From an uncultured Candidatus Rokubacteria bacterium (GTDB lineage: Bacteria; Methylomirabilota; Methylomirabilia; Rokubacteriales; DASRDR01), in contig CAWDVE010000005.1 of assembly GCA_963805625.1 (NCBI GenBank), forward strand, positions 1-11,414: DNA of 11,414 nucleotides, written 5' to 3'. Under the pieces are notes generated by a model. It made no database searches and was not told where the DNA came from. It was given only the letters and a program-made list of their open reading frames with translations. Below are positions 7,249 through 11,414 of the stretch, one piece after another (position 1 is the first letter of the stretch; each line of letters starts with the position of its first letter). A program made the translations under genes and the position numbers.

Positions 7249-7336
7249 CGAGCGCGACGGTCGGCGCGAGGCCGGAGGAACCTCGATCCGCGGTGGTGAC
7301 GCACTCCGCCGCGCGTTCGGCCAGCCGCGCCCGGAG

Positions 7337-7354
7337 GCCCCGACCGATCGGGGC
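7337..7354. terminator. Hairpin directly after the VOC stop codon, between convergent genes
   Basis: GCCCCGA-CCGA-TCGGGGC, a perfect 7-bp stem with no U-tract. Confidence 0.4.
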
Positions 7355-7717
7355 TCAGAGCGGGCGGGCGAAGGAGAGCTCGTGCCCGTCCGGGTCCGTG
7401 AGGTGGAAGTAGCGCTCGCCCCATTCGGCATCGCGTGGCGAGGCTTCAGGGGCGAGCCCCGCCGCGCGAGCGCGGACATGGAGTGCGTCCACGTCGTCGA
7501 CCTGGATGATCACCCGGCCCCACCAGCTCCAACGGGCCTCCGGCGGCGCCGCAATGAGGTTGAGATAGCCGTCGCCGACGACGAAGGACGTGAACTCCAC
7601 CGTCTCCCCGCCGCTCGCCAGGTCGAAGCCGAGCGCCCGATAGAAGCGAACGGCGCGCACCATGTCCCGGGTGGCGAGGGTGACGGCGCTGATCGAGCGG
7701 AAGCGCGGGCGGTCCAC
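7355..7717 (-). CDS. VOC family protein (glyoxalase/bleomycin resistance/dioxygenase fold)
   Basis: VTLATRDMVRAVRFYRALGF, VDDVDALH and PRDAEWGERYFHLTDPDGHELSF; 120 aa. Confidence 0.88.
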   Translation of the reverse strand: MDRPRFRSISAVTLATRDMVRAVRFYRALGFDLASGGETVEFTSFVVGDGYLNLIAAPPEARWSWWGRVIIQVDDVDALHVRARAAGLAPEASPRDAEWGERYFHLTDPDGHELSFARPL

Positions 7718-7722
7718 GCGGC

Positions 7723-7728
7723 ATTGTA
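7723..7728 (-). promoter_or_regulatory. -10 element TACAAT, probable leaderless promoter for the VOC gene
   Basis: TACAAT lies 5 nt upstream of GTG 7717 and no SD is present. Confidence 0.45.
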
Positions 7729-7831
7729 GCCTCGAGCGAGGCCGACGCGGGCCAGCGACACCGGGCGAATTGAGCTAGGATTGGGCTGCTGACTCCTCGT
7801 TCAAACGAACCCGTCTCCGGAGGGAGGGACC

Positions 7832-8080
7832 ATGGGCCTCATCGTGACCCTGATCATCGGGGGAGTGATCGGATGGTTGGCCAGCCTTCTCATGAAGACT
7901 GGCGGCCAGATGGGCCTCATCGCCAATATCGTCGTCGGGATCATCGGCGCCGTGCTCGGGTTTTGGTTGGCAGGAGCGCTCGGGATCGTGGCGGTGGGCT
8001 CGGTGGGCGCCTGGATAATCAGCATCTTCGGCGCCGTGGTGCTGCTCGCCATCCTCAAGGCGTTGAACATCTACAAGTAA
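7832..8080 (+). CDS. GlsB/YeaQ/YmgE family (transglycosylase-associated) stress-response membrane protein
   Basis: 82 aa with three hydrophobic Gly-rich helices: IIGGVIGWLASLLM, NIVVGIIGAVLG, SIFGAVVLLAI. Strong SD GGAGGGAGG before the ATG. Confidence 0.9.
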   Translation: MGLIVTLIIGGVIGWLASLLMKTGGQMGLIANIVVGIIGAVLGFWLAGALGIVAVGSVGAWIISIFGAVVLLAILKALNIYK

Positions 8081-8172
8081 CCGCCCCGTCGCCGCGCAAT
8101 CCCCAGGCTGACCGGCCCATGAGCGTACCTTGGGCTCGCTGACGCCCGTGCGCGCCGACGCGGGGCACCTGA

Positions 8173-8944
8173 TCAGCTGGCGGGACGTCGCGCCCCGTCG
8201 AGAGACTGCCTCGTCGCCGCGTACAGCGCGCGCTCGGACGCCTCGAGAGCACCGTCGAGCGCGTGGCCGCCACGGGCGCGGGCCTTCTGGCCGATCGTGG
8301 CGCGAAGGTCCGGCGCGGCCGCCAGGCGGAGGGTCTTCGCGGTAAGGTCCGCGACATCACCCAGCCGGAAGAGCACGCCGGTCTGGCCGTCCACGACGAC
8401 CTCCCGGGCGGCCGGGATGTCGCTCGCCAGGAGCGCCCGGCCGCTCGCCTGAGTCTCCACCGTAGGCGCGGGCCAGCCCCTCGGACTCCGACGGCATGAC
8501 GACCAGGTCGGCGACGCTCAGATAGCCGGGCATCGCTGCGTAGTCGATCCACCCGGCGAACCAGAAGCGATCCCGCACCCCCGCCTGGCGGCACGCCTCC
8601 TCCATGCGCTTCCGGAGCGGGCCGTCCCCGATGATGAGATACATGAGGCGAGCGTCGCGCCGCGTCGTTTCGACCGCGGACCGCACGAGGTCCAGCGGCC
8701 GCTTGACGGGCTTCAGGTTCGAGACGTGGGCGATCACGACCGAGGTCCTGGAGCAGCCGGGCATCCCTTGGCCGCGGCGTGAACCGGTTGAGGTCGATGG
8801 CCGTCGGGATGACGACCACGCGACCGACGCGACGGGCGCGCACGAGATCCGCCAGGTGGCGACCGGAGAGACCGCCGCCGCTGCAGCCCGGTAACCGTCG
8901 AGCGTTGCCGTCTCCAGCTCCGGCGGGTACGAGCGGGCCAGGGC
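8173..8944 (-). pseudogene. Glycosyltransferase family 4 (GT-B) remnant, 5'-truncated, three frameshifts
   Basis: Segments join to LDGYRAAAAAVSP / RHLADL..VVVIPTAIDLNRF / VIAHVSNLKPVKRPLDL..IIGDGP..ADLVVMPSESEGLARAY / VETQASGRALLASDIPAAREVVVDGQTG. Breaks are at about 8863, 8741 and 8461. There is no start codon, and most of the N-terminal domain is missing. Confidence 0.85.
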
Positions 8945-11197
<2,253 letters not shown>

Positions 11198-11222
11198 GCC
11201 GATGCCGAAAGGAGATTCGACG

Positions 11223-11414
11223 GTGGTGAGTCGCGTGATCCGGTCCGTGAGCCTGTGCGTCGTCCTGGCCGTCCTGGCCGTCCTGGTGCCGCTCGGCGGC
11301 GCGGGCGCGCTCGCCCAGCAGGCGGCGCCCGCGCCGCCCGCCGCGAGCGCGCCCGCCGCCGCCCCGCCGGCTGCTGCTCCCGCCGCGCCCGCGGCCGCGC
11401 CGGCCCCGCCCGCT
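11223..11414 (+). CDS. amtB: 5' part of a signal-peptide-bearing protein, probably ammonium transporter; runs off the window
   Basis: SD AAAGGAG 8 nt before GTG 11223 (an in-frame ATG also exists at 11202). Signal peptide ...VLAVLAVLVPLGGAGALA|QQ, then a Pro/Ala linker. amtB is inferred only from its position after P-II, as no Amt domain is visible. Confidence 0.6.
   Translation, partial: MVSRVIRSVSLCVVLAVLAVLVPLGGAGALAQQAAPAPPAASAPAAAPPAAAPAAPAAAPAPPA

Noticed and set aside
7799-7810. GTTC-AAAC-GAAC dyad as a LexA box
   Set aside because: Half-site order is the reverse of the Gram-positive GAAC-N4-GTTC box, it does not match GTTC-N7-GTTC, and it is too short to be significant.
11262-11414. 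GTCCTGGCC repeats and GCC/CCG-rich low-complexity run
   Set aside because: Explained by coding for the VLA-VLA-VLV signal-peptide core and a Pro/Ala linker.

Overview
Very GC-rich bacterial window (roughly 70-75% by eye; not computed) from a probable diderm, since it encodes an outer-membrane beta-barrel. The left part holds a two-gene, probably NAD-linked Mo/W formate dehydrogenase. It consists of a NuoE + thioredoxin-like + NuoF fusion (243-2354) and a Cys-type FdhF/FdsA-like alpha subunit (4457-7186). The two genes are split by a signal-peptide-less GH10 xylanase and a convergent, overlapping solitary beta-barrel gene. Both FDH subunits deviate from the canonical motifs: alpha has lost its His-ligated [4Fe-4S] site and beta has altered FMN/NAD-site motifs. 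Next come a VOC gene, a GlsB/YeaQ/YmgE membrane protein, a triple-frameshifted GT4 glycosyltransferase remnant and a divergent PaaK/CapK-like adenylate-forming enzyme with a 10-bp tandem repeat in its leader. The window ends in a sigma54-driven P-II (glnK) gene and a probable amtB. Several genes look leaderless, and a possible IS66 end lies at the left edge. All family calls come from motif recognition by eye; no database searches were run.
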